From the NCBI GenBank assembly GCA_000934665.2, contig KZ538050.1, positions 62,001 through 126,000 on the forward strand: 64,000 nt of DNA, in the 5' to 3' direction. A program made the position numbers and the translations under genes. Below are positions 41,425-56,366 of the stretch, in pieces. The notes below the pieces were generated by a model. The model searched no databases and had not been told where the DNA came from. It worked only from the letters and a program-made list of their open reading frames with translations. The stretch's first letter is position 1. Every line of letters begins with the position of its first letter. This DNA is from Catajapyx aquilonaris. Taxonomy: Eukaryota.

Positions 41425-43801
41425 AAAAAAAAATCCTGATTTATGGAGATGTATGTCTGGCTGAGTCATTACACCAGCTTGAACAACCAGTTATCTTTCT
41501 GGATAGTGCAGAAGAACCACGCCCAAGTTTACACAACTTTTTTCCCCCCTCCCTCTCTTCCTCCCTATGAGTAGGGGGAAGAGGGGTAAAAATGCGTTGT
41601 GCAAATGGAGTGCAGTCTCGTCTCCCCAAGTTAAATATTCGCAGGCAGGCAAGTTGAAATGAGCTCAGGTGACTGGTGCTAGATCCCCAGCAGACTTTCC
41701 CATCAGTCGGCCGGTAACGAGCAGCAGATGGATCTTCCTCGGATCCAACGCCAGCGCCTGGATTCCTAATTGGAAAATCGCGGGCTCTCGAGTCATTTGC
41801 TACCTTCGCCCTGAGAGGACGTGGAATTTGACATAATCACGCGAAATAGCTGAGGGAGCTTGTTTTTTTTTAAGGATTTTTTTTTTAGGGGGGGTCTCTG
41901 TGGAACGGTCGCTTTTCATCTCCCTTTCCCCTGAAAGGGGAGGTAGGCTACGCGCATTTTTCTTTACCAGGTTTTCTCCCCCACCTTCCCTTTCCGACCC
42001 GCATAACTTCTCAAGACCACGCCCGTTCAACCCTTGAGCCATCAAGTCACGTGCCACAAGACCATTCGGGTCGAATTGCACGAGAAGGGACAACTTCCTC
42101 CTGCCCCTTCTCAACCACCCCCAAAAAAGCAAACGCAAGCGCAAATCATCCTTCCTACAGAATGTTTGCAACTGACAACAATGCTGTAGATAAGGTTCTC
42201 TAACCTTTGGCCCAAACTCTGTTGTTTTTTTTGTTGCACTTCCTTATTGGCTTCTTCGTATCTAAACTCTGGCTGTATGTGGACGCGCCATTCCTCCAGA
42301 GGCAGACTTTGCTTTGAAAACTTTTGTAAATATTGAAAGTCAAAACTTTGCCTTCATCCAGTGGCAAATGGCCAAGTGAGTCGCTGGGGAGATTTGGGGG
42401 GAAAGGAGGGGAGGTGCTGTGGGGGGGGGGGGNATGGTGAAATATTGAATTTGGGCGGCCGTCCGGAACGGTGTTTTGCATGTCGGCGGCGCAATAAGAA
42501 AGGGAAATGAAACGGGAATTTTCTTTCTCCCCCTCCACCCCCTACCCCCGCGTTTTTTTCTCCTCCCCCCCCTCCCTGAAAAGCCTTCCATTCCTTCCAA
42601 ACAGGCTACATTTTGGGTGCAGAAAGTACAAAGTTGACTGAAAGTTAACGGGCAGACCCGGAATTTTGCTCTCTGTTTGCATTGCCCTCGCTTCATTACC
42701 CGCCTTCGGTTAGGATGTAAATCCCTTGCCGTGCAATTAAAAAAAACGGAGCCAGTTTGATAAGATGGGAGGGGTGGAAAAAGACAGCCGACGAAAAAAA
42801 AAAATGTAGTTAGTCTCATCTTGTCAGGAGTTTCCATCCCTCATCTCTTGAGCGGAGGAGAAGCGCAATTCTGGCCGGCTATTAACTCGCACGATCCAAT
42901 CAGAAAGGGGGCATTGACTGCGGTAATGAGTAGTCGGAGCGTCAAGTGCGCCTGCCGACCTCTATCTCGGGAACAAACGACAAGATTTTATGTGGCAGTT
43001 GTCCTGAGAAAAAAGGGTATATCGAGGGCACAGGAGGGAGAATATCCGCAGTGCGTGCTGGTGCGAACCATGGGAAATGTTGAAAAGGAGGGGTGGGTTC
43101 CAAGTTTTTCTATCTCTAGTTCACCCATTTCGAGTCGTAAATTTGTCACGGACAGACGTCGCGTGATGGAGGGTGAATCACAGAAAATGTCGCCTGGGGA
43201 TTACACACAATATTTTCACTTGCAAAAGGCGCTGTAAATCCGGCCAGACTTCAGGCGCCCGTGCGTGGATCATAAACGGACAATAAACCAACTGGGGAAT
43301 GATGATGCTTCCCTCCCACTCCAATGAACTTGCTGCTTGCCTTTTTCCATGGGATGGAAACCACTCTTTCTATGCGATGATGTTCATGTCTTGCGACACC
43401 GGCATCCAGAAGGGAAGTGGTGAGTTTTGTTGTTAGATGGTGTGGATGTGTAAGCCAGTCGTGAGAGGAGGCTTGTTCCAATAAGCACGCGCAAGACCCT
43501 GAGTGACTCATCGGTGATGACCTGGGGAGGTCAGTGTACATGAATAATTATCGCTACAAAAAGGTTCAAAACCTAAGAGCCATTCATTTTGCACAAATCG
43601 ACAGCAATCTGTAGCCTATTATCCAGGTCAGAACGAGCCAAACGAGTCGCAGTTTAGCTTATGACCGTCCATTATCGAATGCGGTTGAAACTGCATATCA
43701 TTAACTGCGAATAAATCGCTCTGTCCCCCTCTCACCCCTATCCCGCAGAGTTGTACCTCCACTCACGTATGACCATAAAGAAGGATTGTTCGATTTTGCA
43801 G

Positions 43802-43976
43802 GTTTTGTGGTATCGGGACACTCTACTGCTGGACACGACCGAACGCCGACTGATGGAAGACCGGGGCAGCAGGCACACATTGATCATCCGCAACGTGCAA
43901 CCCGCAGATTTTGGAAACTACAGCTGCGTGGCCGACAACAGCCTGGGCAAATCCCGCCAGTACTTGGAACTGTCCG
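43802..43976 (+). CDS. Ig-superfamily gene exon: second half of the last Ig domain
   Basis: ttgcag / gtaagt. VLWYRDTLLLDTTERRLMEDRGSRHTLIIRNVQPADFGNYSCVADNSLGKSRQYLELS, with the Ig W and DFGNYSC motifs; phase 0 to 1. Confidence 0.95.
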
Positions 43977-46906
43977 GTAAGTCACGGAGACCAGATCTGA
44001 AAAGTGCACTGGGCCATAACTGGCGAAGGGCTTTTGGTATATAGAAGGATGCTGGAAGAAGACGAAAAAAAGAGAGCAGCGGGACTCATCATCTTAAATC
44101 AGGCTTGTGAGAGACTGAAGCGATGGGAGTTAATTTGAAGCAACCGCGGCGGCTTGGTATATACGACGGAACCGACTTAATGACAAAACATATTCCGAGT
44201 CGAGTGGAAGGAGAGACGGGTTCCTTGCACCGAACTTGAGTTGGGCACCGAGGGAGAGATAAATAGTTGAGGATAATGGTCCATCCGGCGTATCGCGCCC
44301 GATCCTAATCCTTTGGGTTATAACTTCTCAAGTCGTAAAGAATAATGAAATGCATAGCTTCAAAAACTGGTACGAGGCTTTTCCCCGTGGCCGTTGATAT
44401 GATCAAGTCGCGCCTTTTCTCCTGGCACCGGACTCGTGGAAGTAGCGTCTAATGAATTAGGCAGGCATTCCACCAACCAGAAAAATATTGAAGGATTTTT
44501 ATCCATCCGTGCTGGTGGAAACGTTACGTATGGCATTTTTGGTTGCGTGAGTTGGCTGTTTCCTCCCACATGCAAGAAATATAAACAGCTACGTTTAATA
44601 ATGAAGAGAACTGCACAGATTCATACAGGCTTAACCTTTATATCAACCACCTGGCATAAAATATTTCATGGTTACACCACTTATAAATCCGGGTTCCATG
44701 TATTTGCTTTCCTGGCGACAAAGTGCGAATGCAATATCCAGTGTTCCTTTGTGGTCTGATATCCACAACATTCCCTGCGCGTGCTTAAGCCAGGGCTTTA
44801 ATAGGCATTATCGAGCCCCATCACACCATGTGGAAAGGCCTCTGGTATTATCTCTTCTTGCCAATTTCTTCCGCCCGTCTGCTTCGATCGACTCCCCGCT
44901 TCGATTTTCAGCGATTATTCCCGTGAGCAACGTCCCATGAAGACTTGTGTGGAGCAGTTTTTTCGGTTACAGGGCCGCGAAAATGTGGGGTAAACGTCCT
45001 CGCCCCCTGAAAAAAAAAGTGGCGTGCTCTATTGCAACTACCAAGGAAAAGGGGGCCGAACAACCTGTCGTTACCAGGGATAAAGAATCGTCCCCGCTCG
45101 GAAGAATTGTAATTACTGTATAATGTAATGTCGCAAGAGAGTTGGTAAGCAAAACACAGGCCTTCTCGCATGTAAAAAGGGCTAGTATATGACGGCCGCA
45201 TTTGAAATCGGGAGCGATTACAAATGGAAACTAGCGCAAGTAGGAGAGGATTGGTCTGGCTGGAGAGCTTATCCGCTGCTTTACACCACCCAAAACGTCC
45301 TTCTTTACGGTCGGACATAAAAGCGAATGCCTTTTATTCGCGACTCCCGCCGCCAAAGGAGTTCAATTTGCATCCCAGCGTCCATCACACTGCATCAAAT
45401 ATGAGCACCCCAATTATTTTCAGCAGTAACAAATCGCTAGTTGCCCAAGATGGCCGGCAGACGTTGTTAGCTCCAGTTCTCTGATTGGTTGTAAGTCCCG
45501 CGAGCGAGTCTTATCATCTCACTGATGCTTCTGACAGCTTCCGGAAGCTCCCTGCTCCTTTTCACTCGCACCCCACCTTGCGCGCAAAAGCTGCAAGGGC
45601 CGTCGACTCTCAGCAGGGTCTGGGACTCAAAAGGGGGTTAGCCGCCGCAGGCCAGTGACCATACCTTGTTGATGCATCATTTGGAAATTCCAGCTCCTTG
45701 AAGCCCTGTGAAAGCAATCTTGGCGAAAAAAAGTGAGTAAGACTACTCAGCAGAGTCTACTGGCGGAAGGCGGGGGCTTTGCTCGAGAGTGCTCTGTAAT
45801 GCAGTCTGCATTAGCGCTGGCGTTTTCTTTCCGTCTGTTAAACAGGTGGGAGCGAGATAGCAGGCTCACCGTCACTCAGCCTAATCTGCTTTTAAAGGAC
45901 TAGTTCCGACTCGGCCTCCTTTAATGGCTACGCGGAATTCTAGGGCGGGGAGGGCCCCGGAGGGGGATGGGCAGGCGGGGTGGCGAGGGAATGAGAGACA
46001 CCCTCCCGTTCGCTACATTCGTACCATTAATGAAGTGAGGCATAAAGAGTGAATGCTAATGACCGTGCTAGAATTGCCGGCACCATAATATCTTGCGTGA
46101 TAAATTATTCACCGGCCTGAGAGAGCGGCTGCACCCTTCGGAGGACACAGGAGACGAGGCGACTCACCTCCAGTGTTTACTCATTACAGATGGTCTGTCA
46201 GTTATTCAGCTGCATGATTGTGTGTGTGAAGGAGAGAGAGTGTGTGTGGATAGGGTGGGCTCCATAAACATTTAAAATGTGGCGGAAGTTTTACGAGGTG
46301 GAGAAAGATTAGCAGGCTGCCTATTAAGTAATAGGTTTATGGTACCGTGTCCGCTTGTAAACGTGCTCTGCACTGGACTAAATAATCGTTGTGGCGCTTT
46401 TAAAGCAGCAACTTGAAGCCGCATTCGTGCATGGCGGGAAAGGCCGTCAGTCAGATGGGAGTTGTGAAGGATGTGTGACGGATAGGATTAACCAGGGAAA
46501 TATCTGTACGTGTATCTGGGAGTTTGCCTCGGGGATTCTGCATGCCCCGCCTAGTGTTTTGTACTGTAGTTTATGCTTCTATAAGTGGTTAGCCACTCTT
46601 GTAATCAAGATGGGAAAATGATTACAATCGTAACTTGAAAGAAGTCATCCAAGTCGCCCCTGAATTTCAGGCCATCTGGCGCACAAGAGAGGCGCATAGG
46701 TAAGCGGGCTTCCAGGATGAAGTGTAACACAAAAGAGTGTTTTCCGTAATCCGTATCGATTGACCAAAAATGAGGGAGGGGTTGTTGCCACGCCTTGGGC
46801 GCAGTGTAAGCGACCGTTAACTAACTTATTTATAGGTCAAGAGCCCGCTCTTTCCTAGGAGTCCAACCGCGTCCTAATTAGGCTTTCCAATTGTCCTCCT
46901 CATCAG

Positions 46907-47034
46907 GAAAGCCCAACCAGGCTGTCTTCCGCAGTGACCCAGTGGGCCGGCTGCGTGACAGCTACAACATCACCTGGGCCGTGGAGAGCTACACACCTGT
47001 CGAGCAGTACCGCTTTCGCTACCGCGAGCTGCAT
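46907..47034 (+). CDS. Ig-superfamily gene exon: N-terminal half of FN3 domain
   Basis: catcag / gtgagt. (G)KPNQAVFRSDPVGRLRDSYNITWAVESYTPVEQYRFRYRELH; phase 1 to 0. Confidence 0.92.
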
Positions 47035-47447
47035 GTGAGTAACGGCCTTGGTTTACATCCCCGCCCCGCATGATTTGGACCCTGCCTGCATCCCGATTCT
47101 TACTTGCCAGCCCTGGTAATATGCGCTGTTACTGCCGCCATAACCAGAATAGACGAGCTGCTGGCTGTTCTCCTCATAAGTAATTCACCAATCAGGCCAG
47201 GCGTATGTGGGTGGGTAGGTATCAGACATCATTTTGGAATCATCCATCCGGACCAATTTGAAAGCAAGCACTTGATAAGAGTGGCAAGTAGACACGCCTA
47301 TTACACCGTATGTAGGAAAAAGTGAAAGAGTGCAGGCGGGGAAAGTGGGACGGGTGGGTGCATGAAAGATGCAAAGTCGCGTGCTGGTCCGTAAGTGTGG
47401 GCACCTTGCGAAATTGATTTCGTTGTCTGACCCACGCTTGTTTCTAG

Positions 47448-47658
47448 GTGAACGACTCGTACGAGACGAAGAAATCGTGGCACGACGTGGTGGTGCCGGC
47501 CAGTCCGGTGCTTCCCAGCGACAACTTTGTGCACGTGCAGCACTATGTCATCCGGAACCTGGAACCAGACACACTGTACGAGGCCCTGGTCAAGGCTAAG
47601 AACAAGTATGGATGGAATGAGGAGTCGTCCCTGTTTCAGTTCTCTACCCGAGTTGATG
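47448..47658 (+). CDS. Ig-superfamily gene exon: C-terminal half of FN3 domain
   Basis: ttctag / gtaagt. VNDSYETKKSW...YVIRNLEPDTLYEALVKAKNKYGWNEESSLFQFSTRVD, with the FN3 L-x-P-x-T-x-Y...A-x-N-x-x-G motif; phase 0 to 1. Confidence 0.94.
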
Positions 47659-48352
47659 GTAAGTGGTCTTCATCCGACCTAGATGCATCGCCTTGTATGC
47701 GGTATTGTGGACTCGGCACTGTGTTGTACTTTATCTCGTGAGTGGGGTGCGATCAGGCTGGCTGCGCACCGTCTCTAAATTAAACAGGACGCTGGCTGCA
47801 TGATTATTAATGCCATACTTTGGTCGACTACCAACATAATTTATGCTGTACCTGAAAATTTCACACCTCTGAAAGTTTGTAACTAATTCCATTATGGGGA
47901 AGGGGGCAGGGTTCCATTGGCATTATTTTGTAATGATAGCCCGAAGCAGGGCTGCAGACTGGCCGCAGATCCAGCCTGATGGCACCTAAATGTATGGATA
48001 AGTGCAAATTCAATACGGCGCTGCATGGCCTTGGGTTAAAAGACTGTACCACACGAGTCATGAAAGGCAATTCACTGCCTGGCACTTGTAACTCCCTCAC
48101 TGGTGCACTTTTCCCCCGTTTTTGCATGAGACTACGTGCATGTCGAATGGAAGTATGCTTTGGCCCTGCCCAAAACCAAACACTCCTGTAACTCACACGA
48201 GAGACAAACACACGACAATGCACAGCACATCTGCTGCGGTCCACCTTGTATAGGCCACAACGCAGGAGGAAGCAGCACACAGGAGACCTCGTTCGCGTCC
48301 ACCACACCACATATATTCATTTTTACTAACGGGACGTTTTCCCTCCCTTCAG

Positions 48353-48397
48353 ACTACCCCTCATATGAGACACCCTCAGATCCTGAAGTTTTGGCAG
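48353..48397 (+). CDS. Ig-superfamily gene: 45-nt stalk exon
   Basis: TACTAAC branch point, pyrimidine tract, ttcag acceptor, gttagt donor. (D)YPSYETPSDPEVLA; phase 1 to 1. Confidence 0.75.
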
Positions 48398-48677
48398 GTT
48401 AGTTTAGATTATTTTTGACCTCTCCAAAAATGAAAAATTTGTTTATAATGTACATATTTCTTTGCCAACCCACCGACACTGCTTCTTATGCACTGGCTAC
48501 GTGTGGCTTTACTTTTTTGCTTCACATGTGTTTTGAGTCACACATGATGCATGACAAGGACTTCTTGTGTAACAGTGTCTGCATTTGGAAAGAGCCAGTG
48601 GGATTGCCTGATGAATCCCTGCATGCTTCTACAGCCATCAATGAACACGAACTGAAGGCCGTTACAATATTTTACAG

Positions 48678-48793
48678 AGCCGGAAATGCGTGACCTCACA
48701 ATATCAGCAGTGGCCGCTTCCGGAATGGCCATGCTATTGGCCGCTCCTCCGCTGGTCCTGGTCCTGGGATTCTCCGCCGCTTTATACTCGTAG
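48678..48793 (+). CDS. Ig-superfamily gene last coding exon: GPI-anchor-like signal
   Basis: tttacag acceptor. (E)PEMRDLTISAVAASGMAMLLAAPPLVLVLGFSAALYS-TAG: small residues followed by a terminal hydrophobic stretch with no cytoplasmic tail. Confidence 0.85.
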
Positions 48794-51160
48794 GCGTCGT
48801 AGACCGAGGTGAACAACACTTTGATAACACTATGACAAGCAAAAGCTGTTCCAAATTCCAACCTGTCATTCCTGTTCCTACAGCCCCCAGAACTCGACGT
48901 AACCAAAGAGGCGTTGGGAGAGATCTCACCGTAAGGAAATATGTTTGAAGAAGAAACCAACAGCTGGTGAGGTGAAGTCACAGCTGTGACGGAGACTGCA
49001 CTGCCTCTAGGCAACAACAAAAAAAAATTAGGATTAACATACACATATTTAAAAAACCAGAAAATTATACAAGGTCAAACAATACTGGAGACATGCTGCT
49101 ATCATAAAAGGCTCACTTATTGGTACTTAGTAACAACCATACAAAATAAGCAACTAGTGCTAACTAATTGTTTGTGCCTTGCTTTCAGGGCAATAAGATG
49201 TCGATATCAGATTACATCTTACAACATAAAAATCCTCTTCTATCGTCGTTACTGATGTGTCCCAACCAGTGTCAGACATGTTATGTAAGCTAATATCTCC
49301 ATCTATTGGTTTGAAAATGCACCAGCAAACTACATGTCACTAGTTGCGTATTTTCTGTTACTAGTTACACACAACTGAGCCTGTTTGTTGGTAGCAGTAT
49401 ACCTCCGATGTTGTATCACCCTGTACACTGAAAAAAAAAAGAGTGGATTAAGGAGGTATGACAGTTCTTCTTGCCCTGCGTCTCAAAACGACATTTGCGG
49501 GAAGGAGTATTTGTGCCTTTAAATCCGACGCGTTATGCTTTTCTTTTTTGGCTGTTGGACGAGGGAGATACACACATATACACAAAACACACAGACACGG
49601 AATGATGGTGGTGTTCGTTGGTGTGCACCAATTCGCGTGGTAGCTCTCGATCTGTGGGTCCAAGTTCTTGTGTCTCTTGTGTTGGGCCCTCAGGTGTTGA
49701 CCCCACCCCCCAAAAAAGTACTTTGTCACAACACTGGTGAAAGTGACGGTCAAAATACTGTGGGGGCCAAAAAGCGCCCAGAGATTTTGTGGATTCCCTC
49801 CAGAAAAAAAAAAAATGATCTGAACCATGGAGATCAAAAAAGTGCTGTCTATCAGACAAAAAAAGTGACAAAATTGCCCTTCTCGCACTGAGCACACCAA
49901 AAAAAAATCATTGGAAACCCTTTAATTTACAACTGATAAATATATTGTACTTGTAGTATGTGCAACCTGTAATTATGTGGATTGTGCTCAGTGCAAGAGG
50001 AGCTTACGTCTCTTTCCGTCGGATCTTAACATAGCATAGTTTTGACTTCCATGGTTCACACTCTTCAAGTTGGCGGAGCGACATAGGCAGTCGAAAAAAA
50101 AAAAATCTTAACTTGTATTGAGAGATGCCGCCCCCTTGTAACATTCTTCATTATGTCATTTGTGTTCCGGACTGCGTGCCCGTGTTTGGTGTTTTTCACA
50201 GTGTCGGTGGGATCTGCCAGTGCGGAGGAGAGAAGAAGAAGCAGCAGGTGTCAAATCTTATTCTAATCAGAGGCAGAAAGTGACTGTGTGAATCGTGCTG
50301 TACAGTTAGTGGTAGAGGGGCAGATTTAAACCAAAAAAAAGTGAAGACCAAGCCCCGTCTGTGTTCTGGTTAGGGTTCTTGTGGCGTAGAAAGACCAACA
50401 AAAAAATAAAAATAAAAAACGAGACAAAAGTCAAGGTCAGCAGGTCGGCAGAACGATGGTATCCGTGTGTCAATCTCCATACACTTTTTCTCCTCTTCGT
50501 AACCACTGTAGATGTGAATCTAAAAAAAAATTATGATGCTACTGATTTTGCCACTTCCTTTAAACATGTCAGTGTATATAAATGAAGAAAAAAAATGCCC
50601 CATCGTCCTGCCGTCCCGATGCTCTACGCACTTAACCCTTAACGTGTGCTAGTAATATGATTTTCCCATTCCTTGGTTTCTCATGTGTAGATCAATCAAT
50701 CCAGTTCATTTCAGACAGCTCTTCGTATGTATTTTTCCAAGCGTCATCTAAATCAAAAAAACGAGGACAAATTACACCATGTTTGAGCTGATTCATGTGC
50801 TGTTTACTTTCATAGTGCAGATTATTTCACCCTTTGGAACTCTTAATTCTGAGTGGACAACTTCGGTTCTGGTTTCAAGTCTTTGCAGTAGTAGGCTAAG
50901 AATCAAGTTTTTGAGTCTGTTATGTGGTCATTCCTGTGTTTTAAGCAGCCAAGTGATATGCATCAAGTACAAGGTGTGAAGTGACTGTACGCCGTTCACT
51001 ATACTTGAAGAATAAAGGGAAAATGTTTGTAAAAATATGGCCTCATTTGACAAGCTGGTGTTTCTGGAAGGGCATCTGAATATACAGTAAAATATAATGG
51101 ACTTATAGAGAATAGAGGGTGTGTCTATTCTATTCTGCATACACCATTTCTGGCATCATT

Positions 51161-51520
51161 GGGGAGGTGCTGTGGCCGAGATGGCAACGTCTCGGCTTGC
51201 TGAGTGAAAGGTCCCAGGTTCGATCCCCGCCTGGGAGTTCCCTTTCACCTGCATCAGGAGGGTCTCTGACCCGCACCTTGGAGGTGTCTGGCAGCCTCAC
51301 CTCCTGGGGAACAGCGCATGACCCTTTACAGACGTTGCACTTGCACCCATGTTCCCTCCCCAAAAATCCCTATCCTTACCCAATGTCCTTGTTTCCTTGC
51401 ACTGTAAAGAAAATACTGAAAATTGGAATGAAAAATGGTGGTGTTCACCCCCCCCCCCTAAAGACTCGTAAGGGTCATCCCAGGGTACTATTAATAAAAT
51501 AAATAAATAAAATAAATAAT
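51161..51520 (+). mobile_element. tRNA-derived SINE (3' end approximate)
   Basis: A box TGGCCGAGATGG (51173-51184) and B box GGTTCGATCCC (51217-51227) at tRNA spacing. No convincing acceptor stem. Non-tRNA body, then an A-rich (AATA)n tract at about 51493-51520. Confidence 0.65.
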
Positions 51521-53078
51521 ATTTCTGACATCATCATCTTGACTGTCATAATATTGTACAGGATAATGCAGGTGATAGAGTAAAACATGAACTTATACAA
51601 CCTTACTGCAGTGATCCCAGCCCAATAATTTTTGTCAAGTAGGCTACTGAAATTTCCCAATAAAAGTTGATATCTCTATGTTACTAGGTCACTGCTCAGA
51701 AAGCTTTATTACAGAAAACAATTATTCCATGCTCTACATTTTCTTTGAGTTAAGAGTAACATCACAACATTTGATGAGAAGCGTCACCTAACTGCAGGTA
51801 GTATATTATTTATGAATACACTGTATTTTGTGGTCAGTTATGCTGACTTATACCCATGGTAGGAGAAAGATAAAATGGTAGTACAGCATAAGGAAGTAAT
51901 GTGAAGGTTTCCCTGAACAGTAGGTGTAATGTACGCACATGAATATTTACATATTGAAATGCAGGACAATCATAATCTCGATCTCAATAGAATCATTTCG
52001 ATATGTGACAGTTTCTTACAGATTCGCCCTTTTTTCCAACATTCTTTTTAGGGAACTCGACTGCTGCGTTAGAGGAAAACTACAGACCTGACCATCAGCA
52101 ATCATGCATCGAGAACTGCATGTGTATCGTTGGCCAATTTTGGTACTTTGAGTTATTTATACCACTAAGTATACCCGTTTTCTGCTCTATCTCCTGGTGA
52201 AATCCATTTAATCTTAAAGATTCAACTGTACTGGAGGAGCTAGGATATCTTCACTATAGGATGTAAACAAGTGCATGGTCGAATATCTGCCTTCGATTAT
52301 CTCGAAACTGGTGTTTTGGACTTTGTGGATTTCACTTATATCCCGATGGTATACAAGGTCTATACGTAATGATCAGTTCAGGTAAACGTCTTCTGGGCAA
52401 AAAAGGATCGCTTTATGTAGAGGTTTCATTTGGTCTCCACAGCCTTGTCATATAAGAGTGTAGGCTATATATGAGAATTTAACCTGTCGCAGTCCAGCCT
52501 ACGACATTTCCAGTACAGTACAGAGTTCACTTATGAAACACCCTGCATTACCCAATGCGCCTGACTCACTTTTGATCTAGTGTGACTGATCCTTCAGCAT
52601 AACTTAAAGGATAGGAGTGAGAAAGGGCAACACATTCCCAATAGATACAATGACTGGTAACGCTTGGAATAGACAGGGTTATCAGACTTGTATGGTACAC
52701 GTTCGCTTAGATGCCTTAGAAGATGCATAATACAGATTACACTCAGTCTCTTTATTTTCCCCTTTCACGCCTTTCTTTTGAGAGTCACTGCAGGTGGCTT
52801 TGTTGTGACCGAACTTAACGAACTATGGTAATATATGTTACAATAAAAAAGGGTTACTGGCAGGATTAATTACACTATGCAACACGATATTTGCCCATGG
52901 AAATTCATCCCCATTTGCGTGTTCCTTAGGTCACTCGTAACTCATAATGACCATTCATTTTGTCTGGGATTTGTTTTTGACCTCGGGGCAGTCAAAAAAC
53001 CAAAATCCTCAAATATATAGGGGTTTTTCCCAATCAAGTGGGCCTAAATGTTTTCTAGACCATCTCGAATTTTGCCGA

Positions 53079-53341
53079 TGGTTGGTTGGTTGGTTGGTTG
53101 GTTGGTTGGTTGGTTGGTTGGTTGTGCCAAAGGAACTAAGGCTATCTGGCTTTCGTGTGATGGGTTTTTATTTGGTAGTGGGAGGAAACGGGAGAACCCT
53201 GAGAAAACTCACGCAAACACGGCGAGAACCCATCGAAACTCTTCCACATACGTGTCCTCCGTCCGATTCGGGGATCGATGAACTCGTAACCTTAGAGGTA
53301 GAACCCTATAGCGTTAACCACTACATCACCGTGTCGCTCCC
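53079..53341 (-). mobile_element. tRNA-derived SINE with V-domain-like core and (AACC)n tail
   Basis: On the - strand: A box TGATGTAGTGG, degenerate B box, core GTGTTTGCGTGAGTTTTCTCAGGGTTCTCCCGTTTCCTCCCAC, and about 11 AACC repeats. Possible TSD attttgccga / attttgctga. Confidence 0.75.
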
Positions 53342-54121
53342 TGATTTTGCTGAGAGAAATCACAGCTCTACACACGTATGCCATAACACTGCATATGAAA
53401 TTATAGCCAAATTGCGAAATACCGCGGGGAGGGAAAAAATCGCGAAATTTTGTAAATTGGGCCTTTTTTGGATAATTTTTTCGGTTAGTGGAAATGGTCA
53501 AAACCCAATCAACATAATTATACGGTATACCAAATGAAAGAGAATCACCAGGGAAAGGCGCCTATGGAGTTAGGTTTCCTCTGAAATGTAACCAGAAAAA
53601 CCTGTGTGGCATTCGATCGGTCAGATATCCAAGCATTATTTTGGCTCAATGAGAATTAATGTTACTTTTGAGAATCATATCTATTATTTTCTCGCGAGCC
53701 ATGCATGACCCAGGATTGAAACTGAACACATTAAATTTTGTATAGGTCCCAAATCGTGTCACCAAATATGGCTGCCCTTACGCAAATACATCACTAATTG
53801 TTGGGGTCTAAATACATGGACATGTGACTGAACCTGTGACCGATGGAATGCCACACACGTTTTTCGGGGTGCATTTTAGAGAAATACATTACCAATATAC
53901 GATGGTTATTTTCCCCCGGCATGGGCAAGTCAAAAAATGTCAAAAAAAGGCTTTATCGCTTACGGGGTACGCAAGGTCATCCAGCGACCCCCACCTGGTC
54001 AACCGGCCATCCCCACGAGCCCTGTTGCCGCTGACTCGGTTCTGTTATCATGCCGTGTGGGTTGCTTAGGATAGCCAGGATAAAGCTCGTTTGCGGGGGG
54101 TATGAAACAATATGACGTATA

Positions 54122-55968
<1,847 letters not shown>

Positions 55969-56269
55969 TACAACCTATTGGAAACCATCGTATTTGATAT
56001 CTTTGCATATGGACACTCGTTGCAATGGACCAGGATGCAATCAGACGAACACGAACTGTGCCTTTTATAATATATTATAGCTAATTAGCTGCTATAACCA
56101 GATTATCATGAATTGTTCACCAACAGGTAGTGTATAGTTTGAAATAATTAAATTGTGTAATTAAGACACTCAGATTTTTAGATTGCTATTTAGCCGTTAT
56201 TTTTTGCGAAGAACTGCTACCCCTGGAACTGTTAAATCGAGCAGCTGCTGTGTTGTATGCAGCCCTTCA

Positions 56270-56280
56270 AAGATGGCGGC
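56270..56280 (+). promoter_or_regulatory. YY1/Pho-type motif AAGATGGCGGC at the 5' end of the zinc-finger pseudogene
   Basis: Consensus match about 90 nt before the putative ATG at 56367. Confidence 0.4.
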
Positions 56281-56366
56281 TTCGAATGTTCGATGAAGAA
56301 GTGTTCTTTGCTTGAGTTTTGGCAGATTTTGGGTTGTCGTGACTGAAGACAGGCTAGGAGGAGACC

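Noticed and set aside
41346..41570. ORF with a poly-His tract
   Set aside because: Translation of a (CAC)n microsatellite.
356..43801. Dscam-like arrays of alternative Ig exons in the giant introns
   Set aside because: I found no duplicated Ig exons. The many 60-170-aa ORFs there lack domain motifs and consistent splice signals.
51161..51240. Possible tRNA gene
   Set aside because: A and B boxes are present, but the acceptor and anticodon stems do not pair convincingly; better explained as a SINE head.
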